Source: Orbicella franksi
Lineage: Eukaryota
Assembly (NCBI GenBank): GCA_964199315.1
Contig: OZ116702.1
Location: 26,474,001-26,538,000, forward strand
DNA: 64,000 bases
Reading direction: 5' to 3'
Position 1 is the stretch's first letter, and each line of letters begins with the position of its first letter. The notes below the pieces were generated by a model, which did no database searches, was not told the origin of the DNA, and saw only the letters and a program-made list of their open reading frames with translations. Below are positions 37,501 to 49,302 of the stretch, in pieces. Both the position numbers and the translations under genes were made by a program.

Positions 37501-38859
37501 TCGGACAGGTTCTCCAGTGTCTTTATGAGTTTGTTCAAAGTTGTTTAACGACGAAAGACGGCTTCTTGTACTGGATAGTGAATTATAAGCTGACAACAGA
37601 GAATTTAGAAAAGGGTTTGATTATGGTGTACAATTAAACATGCAAGAGTAGGCGGTGCTCGAGTATCGTGAAAACAGAAAAGTGCTTCCATTCGTGTGTC
37701 TTCAGTACCCTTTGGTAACCATTACTCGGTGAAAAGCTTTAGGGGTGTATCTACTTTAAAATGAGAAGTTGCGGAAATTATCAGCGTTACCAAACAACAC
37801 GTCTTGGTTTGGAATTCTTTAAAACTAACAGCACTATACAGCGCACTATTTGTTCCAAACCACGAGAACCAATCCCGGCATAGAAACTCATTGTGATTGA
37901 TTTTAGAGCTTTAAAGAGAAACGATCTCAGTTAGGTGTTTTAAAAGCTTCACTGTAAATTTAGTTTTTGGCCAGTGACGCATTCAACGAAATGCACTGAT
38001 CAGTCAATATCGTTCATTTGGTACAACATACATGGTCATAAGCTTGGATTACAGGCGTTATTCACCATAGCCACTCCGATGGTTTTCCTTTAAAGTGTAT
38101 ATTAACCAAGTGATTTCTGAGGGGGCAGAGAAATATAACATCGTTAGACGAAGGATGACGTTTTTCACATGTATTGTGTGCTTTCAAAATTGCGGTAAAC
38201 AGTCACACAACAGGATAAGAATTCAAAACTGATAACCATTCCGCCGTACCTGTCTACTCGAGCATTATTTAGCACAGACTGATGAAATATTTGGGTAAGC
38301 TCATTTTCGGAGAATTGTGCTTTGATGCGTTCCTTCACTGGAAAAAAATCGTGACTAGTTTCCATTACAATATGAGAACTAGCATTTCATCCATGATCAA
38401 AAGGGTAGGGGAAAGATAAGTTTTCTTAACTTACGGATTGAAGATAAAAGGATCAAAGGAAAAACACCGGCTTGATTGAAATTTTGAAATTGTCAGTTCT
38501 TCCTGTCATTTTATTAAGTATGCAACATGCCATCACAAAGTAGATAAGATCGCAATATTTGGTGCTTTAGACTGTCCCTTTTGTAAAATAATAAGATCGA
38601 GTCCGACTAGTGACTAAAGCGTTTTGGCATAAAAACATTGATAAAGCCCATCGTTGGCGCTGCCGTCGGATTGGAAACGAAGAACTAAGAGAACACTATA
38701 AAATCTAAAGATTCCATGGACTGGTCAGCTTATAAAACGACTTCTGGCATGAGGCGAAATGAGAGTTGAGAATCGCAGAGCAAGATTGTCCGGCTGACCA
38801 GATAGAGAAAAACCCAAGCAGAAAAACGTTGTCATGAACTTGCCAACCCTAGATGAGCA

Positions 38860-39110
38860 CCTTATCATTTGTTATAAATAGTGATGCTGCGGGTTGACGT
38901 AGAGAGGACGTATAATGAATTAAACTACAGAGCTTTGTGGATGTGGTAATGGATGCCGGAACCGAAGATTCTGCTGGTCCAGTCTTGCTAGGGGGTCCAG
39001 GAAGTCCTGAGGTTCCAGGAGTGTCGGTGGATCCCATACTTTCGGCTAAACCTGACGAGTTAGGTTTGCCAGTTGTCTCATAAGTCCAGTGTTTCACCTG
39101 AATCCTCAAC
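38860..39110 (-). pseudogene. Decayed minicollagen remnant, copy 1
   Basis: Reads GKP NSS GLA ESM GST DTP GTS GLP GPP SKT GPA: the Gly-X-Y register is still visible with many Gly lost. I found no signal exon. Homologous to the remnant at 42.9-43.1 kb. Confidence 0.7.
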
Positions 39111-39380
39111 TGCACGACAGCTAATTACTTCATTTTTCCAGTGGGCTAGTTTTTCAAGGAGTTCAAAGAGGTCCCGAGAAGCACGAAAGGGGTAGAACAA
39201 CCCTGCAGTTTCGAAAATTGAAGGTGGCTCTAACCCCATCAGTAGAATTTTTCTAAAATTTACAGAACGTTATTCGCTAACGAGTTGATCACAATTCGAT
39301 AGTAAAACACTAATGGGCCGTAGTTAAGGTGTTTCTTTTCAACAGGCTCTATTGTTGCTATGCAGCTGTACGGTCTATTA

Positions 39381-39510
39381 TTATATGGCCAGTTCCGTGA
39401 GCGGGCAAGATGAACCAAATCCTGCGCTGTGATTGGTAGTCCCGAGCGGGCAAGATAGCTCCATCTTGCCCGCTCGGGATTACCCGCCGTGTCCCGCAAG
39501 AAAAATTTCC
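39381..39510. repeat. Interspersed repeat with a perfect 17-bp hairpin, between the two duplication copies
   Basis: tcccgagcgggcaagat (39440-39456), loop agctcc, atcttgcccgctcggga (39463-39479). Confidence 0.75.
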
Positions 39511-42500
39511 GCTAACGTTTGAAAATGTTATCTTTCATGCCAGAATGCGTCCTGTTCTATAAATTCAAATTCCAAATATTGTAACCCCATGCTAACGAAG
39601 AATAATGAAGGAAAAGTTAAACTATATTACTCATCTTTCAAACAGTTCAACAGTGGTGAATATGTCTGGGGATGGGCGCAGAGTTCCTGGCCAGGCTGTG
39701 AAAAAGGTTTCTGGGTCGTCCCAGACAAACCCACTTTATACGCTTGACTTGATGGCATTGCATGTTGTTTTTAGGATCTTTCAGTTTTTACAAAGCGAGG
39801 GTTCAGGTTTAGTTTGGAGGAATTTTGAGTACGCCAAAAGTTAAAAGCTATAAATTCCAATGCGACTCCTCTTAAAATTGTGGGTTGTCGGGATAAAAAC
39901 CCAAGAAGTAGCTAAGAAGTGAGTAGACCTTCGTGTAATAAGTACATTAAACCACTGTGGATTATTTTTGGGTCGATTCATGCATGTTAAATGAACTTTA
40001 CCTAATAAAACAACAAGGTTCAGCAAATAACACTAATAATTTCAGTAAAGCAAACAATTTGAATCAATGTGAGAACTGTACTAACTAAGAAATTAGTCAG
40101 TGACAAAATATGACGAGTACAGCGCTAGGTCCATCTGTCACTCAACTGCAGAAAAGGCGAATACTGCAATCTGTATATAGGAGTCAGGTAGAGCGTGAAG
40201 CATAAATGCCGGTGATGATGTTATTTTCAACATCCTCAGGTTATGATTCTTGTCATTTAGAATATTATGCTAACCAAAGGCTCCGGTTTTTTTTCTCCAA
40301 ACCGCCTTGAAAAGGCTTAATCAGCTCCAGACTGTAGAACATCAGATGTTAAATAAAGATGTGCTATATATTTTGAGTGTCAGTGCCAAGTTTATGGCAC
40401 TGATGCGACTATAAGATTGGCCCTGATTGTATAATTCTGATGGTATTTCTTACACTGGTATACTAGAACACGTGAGCTATTACATATATTTGTTAAAAAG
40501 CTCAGTAACTGCGAAAGTATTTCATGGGTGTTTCTATTGCTGATTCAACTGTCAAGGTATAAATTGTTTTAGTATATATCTTCCCTACGAGAAACACATT
40601 GTTTAATTTTATCACTTAGAATAATTTGATTTCTGGTGAATTGAACTTAATTAAACTTGAAAATTGTAATTTTCTGCTTTGCGAATGTTTAACACAAACA
40701 AAATGCTAAACTAAACCGGAAATCCTTCTGGTTTAGTCTGTGGCTTGGATGCAATTTTAAAAATTAATAACGATCTCTTAAATGAACTTTTTTAGTGAAA
40801 AAGGTTGAGTTAAATCACCTGCGAAACTTTTTGTCCTTGTTTTACCGCCCTTCAACGGGGCCTTGGAACACTTGGAATACCTATTCCAAACTGTATAACT
40901 TCGATACCTTTTAGGACCAATTAAAATGCCCAAGAAATTGGGAAGACTTTATATGCTGTCAATTTATATCTACTTTAGTTTCCCACTTATAGTGCCTAAA
41001 CGGATTTTCCCCGCTGTCCATTCTACCAGTCTTGCAAATTTCAAAGATACATATAATTTAGCCAAGGACTTGAAACTGTCCCACTCAAAAACAAAGAAAC
41101 GTTTGGCTTATAGTACTTTAATGTTCAAAACAGCAAACATATTCTGAACGTCTCGTCCCAATTCACTCGTACAGATTAATCTTATGGGAAGAAACTAAAA
41201 CACCTTTGGTCTTTCTCGTCATTTAGTGCGGGCCAGCATTGATTGTAAATACGCGACACAAGCTAAAACGTAAAGCTGTGAACTTAACGTTAACACGTTT
41301 CTTGCCCAACTGAGAAGGAAGAAACTTTGTATTTACCTTCCCTAGCGTTACCCTAACAAAGTGCACAGGAAAAATCTCTTTCTTCAGAAAGGTGCGCAAA
41401 GTCACTCTCCCGTGTCCCTAACGGGTGTGCCTACGATTACACCGAGATAAATACAGTGTAAAAAGTATGAGCGGAATCTATTTGGTTAATATTTTTTTGG
41501 GGGGGTAGAATTTTGGACAGGTTCAGACAGGTACTCTCGTCTTTTAATGTGTCTGCGAAAAAGCTCTCTGACTAGTTTTAACGACGAAAGACAGTTTCTT
41601 GTACGGGGTAGTATTTTATAAGCTGACGAGAGAGAATTTAGAAAAGGGTTTGAATTCTGGCGTCCAATTAATCACTCAACAGTACGTGGAGTACCGTGAA
41701 ATAAAAAAAATTCCTTCCATTTCTTGGTGAAAAGCCTTAAGGGTGTATTTTGCTTTAAAATGAGGCATTGGGGAAATTGGCTTGGATTTCTCTAAAACTA
41801 ACAGCACTAAGATTGGGTTTTCCAAAACAAGAAGGGAACCACAGTCAGCAGGGTGACTCTATGCGATTGATTTCCAAGCTTCAAAGAGAAACGGTATTAG
41901 TTAAGCGTTTTAAACGCTTTACTGTAAAATTTACTTTAACGCTATGGATGCAATTAGAGAAATTCTCTCATTTGGCACATCAACACATCGTTCATAAGGT
42001 TGGTTTTCAGGCGTTATTCACAATAGCTACCATAATGGTTTCCATGATTACCATGCGGTTTCTTATCTTATCCCTTTAGAACAAAAATTAGCCATGTGAT
42101 TTCTGAGGGAGCAAGCGATTTTAAAATCGGGAGATCTCAGCGAGAATAAGAATGACGTTTTTAATTCACAAGTATTTTATGCTTATGAAGTGGGTAAATA
42201 GTCAAATTACAGAGTAAGTATTCAAAACTGTTAAAAATTCCGTTGTACTTATCTATTATCTGATGGTCGAACATGATGGAATATTCTGGCAAGTCGATTT
42301 TCGGAGAATTTTTCCTTACTTACTCTGTTTTTCCCCTGGCAAACACCATAGCTAAATTGAATTATACTATGAAAATCAACATTTCAGTCATGATCAATAA
42401 GGTCCGTGTAAGAGGTAGGTTTTTCGCCTTACAGATTGAAGATCTAAAAAGGATAAACACCAGTCTATTAAAAAGTTGCAATTGTCAGTTCTTTATATCA

Positions 42501-42889
42501 TTTATTAAATATGTACCATGTCACAAAGTATAGATCAAATGATATCTCAAAATTTGGTTCTTTAGACTGTCCTTTTGTGCAAAACTGTAAGAGTGAGTCC
42601 GACTAGCTACTAAAGCGTTTTGCCATAAGCACATAAATGAGCTCATCGTCGATCATGTTGTCAGAAAGAAAACAAAAAACAAAGAGAACGCTATAAATAC
42701 GAACCTGCTATTAGATACCATGAACTGGTCAGCTCGGATAAAATCTTTGGCGAGAGGTGAAACAAGAACTGAGAATACCCAAGCGAGATTTTGTTTGCCA
42801 GAAAAAACAAAACAGAAAAACCCCGTCAGCGAGTTTTCACCCCTTGATGAGCACTCTGTGAGACGACATGGTCCCGTGATAAGTTGTAA

Positions 42890-43146
42890 CTAGTGATACT
42901 GCAGGTTGACGTAGTGAGGACGTGTAATGAATAATGCTACACTATTTTAGGGATGTGGTATTGGATGGTGGGACTAAATATTCTAGTGGTCCTGTTTTAC
43001 CAGGAGTCCAGGAAGTCCTGAGACTCCAGGAGTGTCGGTTGGTCCCACACTTTAGGGTCAAGCAGACAAGTCAAAGAGAGCGGGTTTCCCAGGTAGTCCC
43101 ATTGGTCCAGTGGTTCCAAATGGGACTACCTGGCAAACCTGCTCTC
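42890..43146 (-). pseudogene. Decayed minicollagen remnant, copy 2
   Basis: Minus strand reads [14 protein letters not shown](F)...stop, then GPT DTP GVS GLP, a frameshift, then GKT GPL. The GLPGKPAL motif matches genes G and H. Confidence 0.8.
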
Positions 43147-44068
43147 CCTCTTGTTGAGGTGTTTCTCTTTAACAGGCCATTGTTTGCTATGGTAGCTTTA
43201 TAGCATATTATGTCTTTCAAATGGCGATAAACTGTTGACCAATTACTTGGCCATCGTTTCAGATCACATTTGTAGTATCAAGTCATTAAGTTTACCAGTT
43301 TTGATCCAGCAAAGTATAAGTACTAGAAAGTTTAGGCAAATTTGTTTTCTCTATATTAAAATCGCCTAACAAAATGTATTTTTCCATCATTCACGTACGT
43401 CCTATTTATTGATCTGGTCAACCAATAAAGTCAGTTTAAAAAGGATCCTTTGTTGGCAAGGGCGATGTTAACAAAGGTAACTTAAAGATCAAGGAAGCAC
43501 CTGAGATGGCAGCAACATTTCTTAACGCTAGATATAAAGCGGGTCATGGGGAACTATACTGGGTATTTTTCACATTGAATACGCTTCCACTTTTGGTGTC
43601 AATTATCATGGAATACTTACACCTTATTTAACTTTCAACCTATTGCTGAACAACAAGGCTGCGTTTCTATGAGGTTCAAAGCGTTTTGAAGGTTAGCAGA
43701 AGACGAAAGCAGAAGAACATTTGGAGCGAAGAAATCCAACGAAATAGCTATTAAGAGGTAACAGGGCTCGCCATGTAGAGTTTTGTTCACAGTAGAGGTC
43801 GTATTCACTTTAATTTTCAGTTGTCAATTACTCTTTACAAATTACAAGAGGAATCCTCGTTTGCTGTTTTTTCCAATTCCGTTCACAGTTTCAACACAAT
43901 TTCTTGAACGTACCATATGAATATGCAGAAAATTTCGAGCATTCAACCAGTACTAAAATGCATGTGAAGCAGGGCACAGTCTCTTTTGTATGATTCTTTC
44001 ATTTCCTATCAAAAATATTTCAACTGAAACTTAAATTAGTTGTGCTTTTTCGATAGACGTTACGTGGT

Positions 44069-46274
44069 CTAGCCGCAGCAACTACCTCCGCAACCACCTC
44101 CGCTATTACATGGTGATACTTCAACTTGTGTTCCCGGAGGTCCAGCCGGTCCGGGAGGTCCCGGAGGTCCAGCAGGTCCAACAAGTCCAGGGGCTCCGGC
44201 AATTCCAGGGCACCCCTTAAGCCCAGGGCATCCGGGTGGGCCGGGAGGACCCATGCTTCCGGGTTGTCCAGGTGGGCCAGGAAGAGCAGGTTTTCCAGGA
44301 AGTCCGGGAGGTCCAGGTGGTCCAATTGCTCCGGGTTCTCCTTTGAAACCAGGAGATCCAGAAGCGCCAGGGGCTCCCATTTTTCCGGGTAATCCTGGTG
44401 CCCCAGGGGTAGCGGCTATTCCAGGAGGTCCTATCGGGCCGGGTAGTCCAACTGCTCCAGGTGATCCCTTGAGACCCATACACCCGGGAGGTCCAGCTGG
44501 CCCCATGCATCCGGCTTGTCCGGGTGGTCCAGGTGCGGCGGGTTTTCCAGCAGCTCCGAAAGGTCCTGGTGGTCCGAGTGGTCCGATTACCCCAGGGGGT
44601 CCCCTTAAACCAGGGCAGCCGGCTAATCCAATGGGACCTTGGCAACCAGGTGGCCCCGGGAGTCCAGGAGGCCCAGCTAGTGCTGGTGCTGGGACTGCAG
44701 GAGGTGGTGGGGATGGCGAACAGGGAGGGGAAGAGGGCGGACAGGGAGCAGAGTTACAACATGCTCTCCTGGTGACTGGAAAAATAGATTGACAGAACGG
44801 TCTTGTCATCAATGACAGAGTTAATAGAAGAATGAACATTAAAATGCAGTTTCGTCAGAGATACCGATTAAAACAAAAGTTTGTTACTTGTTTTAAGTCA
44901 GATGCCAGAAAAGTGGCAAGGCAAATGATGTACAGACATTTTGGATCCTCATTCTTTTCAAGTTTCACTAGCGTAATCAAAAAAGGGATTTCATTGTTTT
45001 TTTTTTTTTTATATATGTCTTTAAAATTGAGGAACAAATTTCAGTCTTAAAAATTAAAAAAAAAAAAGCAGAAGGAGGTTTCAGACTCAAACTCTGTTTG
45101 AGTAATTCGTGGAAACCTATAATTGATCTACAAAACCAGTTTTTTGAAAAAATATTCGTCCCTTAGAAGGTGTATTCTGGCCAGGTTTTCACATCAGTAA
45201 TAGTTTTCTAGTTTCTCATAGGAAAACTGCATTGTTCAATGACGAAATGACATTTCCATAACAAACAAACAAACAAACAAACAAACAAACAAACAAACGA
45301 GATCATTATGATTATATAGAAAGCCACTCTTCGAGTTTCCGCAAATGTATTATGTGGCCTATTGATATCTTCTGTGTTGTCTATAGTTATAAACCAATTT
45401 AAGGTGGCGTTAGCGAGTAGTTTATGGGAAAAGCTGCAGAAGATTGGAAGTTGTGGCACTAATATATTCTTAGAGCTCCTTAAAAGCTGCATTTCTATCT
45501 CAACCAATGTTAACATAGGGCATGTTTACAAGGAGAGAGGGTTACCCTAGCAAGGGGTTACCCTAGCAAGCGGGTTACCCTAGCAAGCGGGTTACCCTAG
45601 CAAGCGGGTTGCCCTAGCAAGCGGGTTACCCTAGTAAGCGGGTTACCCCAGCAAGCGGGTTACCCTAGCACTCACACATTTCCTCTGTTTTTTTTTTCGT
45701 CGTGTTTACAAGGCAGCTAGGGTTACCCGGGTGGACGGGTTACTCTATCTGCGTGCTAGGGCTACCCTGGCAGGCGGGTTAACACTCCAGGTAGGGTTAA
45801 CCCGCCTACCCGGGTTAACTTTCTAATTTTTTCCAGACCCTTTGAGTGTAACCGCGCATTAAGTTGTCCCGGATTGTAGGATTACCCTACCTGTGAAATT
45901 TTGCTCGTAAACAGGGGCTATCTTTCGCCCTCCAGTTAGGGTCAACCAGCTTGGTAGGGTAACCCTCCCTCCTTGTAAACAGGCCTATAGGTTCACTTTC
46001 GTTTTGAAATTTAACTTGAAAAAGTCACCATGACTAACTGACGACTAAATTATCTATGCTACTACTTTATCTCACATTATTGTATTCTTAAAATAGACCT
46101 CCTGGAGTCCGATTCAGATCGATCTGTTACGCTTTACTCATCAATAAAAACCATTAAACTTGGTGTAAAATAGTTGTGTAGTTGTGACAGTATGCACTTA
46201 CCAGTTTGTAGAGACCTGGCTGTCGTTGAAGCAACAAACACGACTACGAGACTCAGAAGAAATTGGATATTCAT
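44069..46274 (-). CDS. Gene G: very long minicollagen, 61 triplets with three Gly->Ala interruptions and 6 intra-helix Cys, 259 aa
   Basis: Exons 46274-46202 ([24 protein letters not shown], donor G|GTAAGT) and 44775-44069 ([12 protein letters not shown]...[18 protein letters not shown]). 5'UTR donor CAG|GTAAGC at 46733/46732. Confidence 0.92.
45518..45985. mobile_element. MITE (~30-bp TIRs, PIF/Harbinger-like ends) with internal 17-bp tandem array, in gene G intron
   Basis: Left ggcatgtttacaaggagagagggttaccct; right end reverse-complemented is ggcctgtttacaaggagggagggttaccct (2 mismatches). Eight units of gggttaccctagcaagc at 45539-45670. Confidence 0.85.
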
Positions 46275-49200
46275 TTTTTGGCCTTTTGAGAGAGATACAA
46301 AAACGTATATAATGAAGACAGTCATTAAGGCATATTCACCTCAAGCACTATTTGAAAAATAAGCAATATAGTTTACCTTTGATATCTTTAGCGCGAGATT
46401 GTACCATTCATTTTCTTATGTGTAATGAGGTGGTTTATTATGTTCGGAAGTTAAAATTAAAGTTTATGGCGACACTCTGTACTAGTCTTGGCCAATAGCG
46501 AAAATTAGCAAATGATATCCAGAAAATAGGCTTTGATTCATTGTGTGATGATTTGTCTGCGTTAGGGAAACGAACAGAATTGCTGGTCAGGCGGTCAGCT
46601 CAAGTACAGACAAAATTCGTGTGCAAGAGTACACGTGAGACAATTTTTGAGGATACCGTCAAGGCTATCAGCAGAAATAAAAGTTAAAATAAGAAAAAAA
46701 CAAGTGAATGACAAAAGGTTTTTCTTGCTTACCTGAACAGTCCGTAAAGACCAGTAAAGTGTCTTGTCATTTTGGCGGCCAACATTTTTATGTGACTGTA
46801 CTATTAAATTATTAATTCATGCTTTAGTCATCTCATTTTGGCTGTATTTTTAACTTCAAAATCTGCCAGAAAATCTTGTTTCTTTTATTTGGCCTGAAGT
46901 ATATTAGAGACAGACACTAATGTTAACTAAAAGTTCGTTTGGAAACATGAATGTAATCATTTGGTTAGCTTAGTAGAGAACTTGTCGTTCCAGGTGTCAA
47001 AGAACACGCAACTCTAGGTGAGAATCTCTCGAGTGTCAGCTGCTGAGTTATTTATTCAAATATAGATGTCTTTGATGAAAACAAAAAGACATCGGCAAAA
47101 AGCAAAGTGTTTTTTTTTGTACTATTTAGTATCTATTGCTACAGTTTTAAGATTTTGGGAGATGATTTTTACATCATTCTTCCAGTTCAGGCTTTGGAAT
47201 GAATCATAGTCACATCGGTGAAATTCATGAGATCTTCATTCTATAGTCTGACATTCCCGACAAGTCTTGTAATCTATTGAATATTTTTTTTTTCCGAAAT
47301 ACTATGAAGAACTAGACATAATATTAACAAAAATATATTGTTGACCTAAGTATATGTATTTTATTTAGATCCAGTCTCAATCGAAAATTTGAGATTAGCT
47401 GCAGAGGCCAACGTTAAACACTCATTTTCAAGTCAACAATACGGACAGGTGTCAGTTTTCATTTTTCCTATAGTATTAGGGCGAAAGTACAATGATAATG
47501 ACGCTAATCCTTAATTATAAGAAATTGTTTTAGTAAATACGCATCTAGCTCCAAATGCACCCCACAAATAAATTAATTCCTTCGAAGGCTTAAGGCAAAG
47601 CACTATGCAGTGAAAAAAGCCAAAATTAACGCTTGGCGCCTATAGTGAACTGGTGGTCCACGACGCGCTAAGAAGTTCTTTTTAGACAAAAGCGGACTCG
47701 TGAAGACTGAGTACCTACCGAACGCGGTTTTGTTCATTACTTTTTCCACTTGCGCCTTGGATACAAAGATAAAAGGAAAAGAACCAGCGAAACTAAAGGA
47801 AATTCAGAACGCCTAATAATTTAAGAATCTGGAACTCACAGCTTGCAATTTATGGTAAGTTTCACATTGAACTAACTATTCCATCAATGTAAAGGATTTC
47901 CTTACTTCTTCTGGGCTTCTGCTTTGACCAAAGGCTCTATACTCTATAATGAGACAGCCCCATACGTGTGCCTTGTGTTTTGTCGGGTTAGGGAAGGAAG
48001 TGTGACAGTAAAATAATAGAGATCTTAACAATGACCTTTACGGCAAACAGGGAAGGGCAAAATTAAACTCTTGCCGTCTCTCTTTTAAGAAAGATGGCTT
48101 AAAAGCCGTTTTTACTCTTGGGTAGAGAGAATAATTGCATTTGCTGTGAAGGAAAGATTTTTTTCATTTTCGTTTTTGTGTTGTATTGATATATTTAACG
48201 CACCTGATTTAATAATTCGAGGAGAAGGAGTCAAAATCAGAGCCAAGTTTACGGTTGATCTTTCATGTAAGCATTTTTCTTTAACACTATATTTGAATAT
48301 AAGTATATAATATTTTAAATTGACAGTTATTACATTGGTTTTAATTCTTTAACGCTTTAAGAACGATAAAATTTCAAATTGCAAGCAGTGCGATAATTTG
48401 TGGAATTGCAGTTATCACGATAAGGTCAACTTCTTTTGTAAAGTTTTTAAAAAAATTCCCTGGAAGGACGTAGTTCAGAGTCAACGTAAATTGTCAAACC
48501 TTAGGAAAGCTCTAAACCGCCAATGTTGAATTTCTTTTCAATGATTACTCGACGGACGACGGTTCATTGTGTTCCTTTATTTCCAATCTTTTGAGAATTT
48601 GAACTCTATATAGACAGTCAAAGCTCTCTATTTCTTGAGATTTAAAAGTGTTGTACACTGTGGCATGTTTTCAATGGAGATTATCCTAGTGATCGCCACG
48701 ATCTGGCTGGAGATTAGCCCGGGAGGGCGTGGGGAAGAGGGAAGTTCCTCCCCGAGGTCCAACCCCTTACCCTTTTGAATTCCATTTTGGCAGAAAAGGT
48801 ACACCCTTAACATGCTTTCATAAACGGCCAGTATTATGAAAAAGTCGCCAAAAAAGGAAACCTTCTTGTCATTTTCATGTAGTGCTTAGTAAATTAAGTG
48901 ATATAGCCATAAAATGCGTCTGCTGAAAATGTCTTAATTGAAGGCCCTTAATTAACTAAATGACATATTTTCCTACCATTTCATAAACCTCAACTTGTGA
49001 AATCCCCACCCTGTTCTTTCGGGCGGAGCCTCCCCGTATAGGCTATAATAGGGAGAACCCCCCGGGGGAGAGGAGCTTTAATATGATCGATGCGATTGCT
49101 TAGATTCGGTAATGTAGTGATCGTAGTGTCACATCGAGACCAGAGCACAAAAGACTTTTTGTAGTGCAAACATCTTTTATTAGCGTTCTGCTTGACAACA

Positions 49201-49302
49201 GATTTCTCTAAAACAGAAAAATGGGTTTCATTTATCCTAAGCTTAAATTTGATCTGCTGCTTCAGCAGGTTTTGGTTGTCGCTCTGTTCCCTTTCAGCCC
49301 TT

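Larger units (their letters stand above)
35030..43146. repeat. Diverged ~4 kb tandem segmental duplication (copy 1 ~35030-39110, copy 2 ~39710-43146)
   Basis: Collinear shared blocks, e.g. acgcttgacttgatggcattg (~35062/~39740), tgattcaactgtcaaggtat (~36084/~40541), cttatgggaagaaact (~37295/~41181), gagaatttagaaaagggtttga (~37599/~41633), gagtccgactag (~38599/~42595). Confidence 0.9.
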
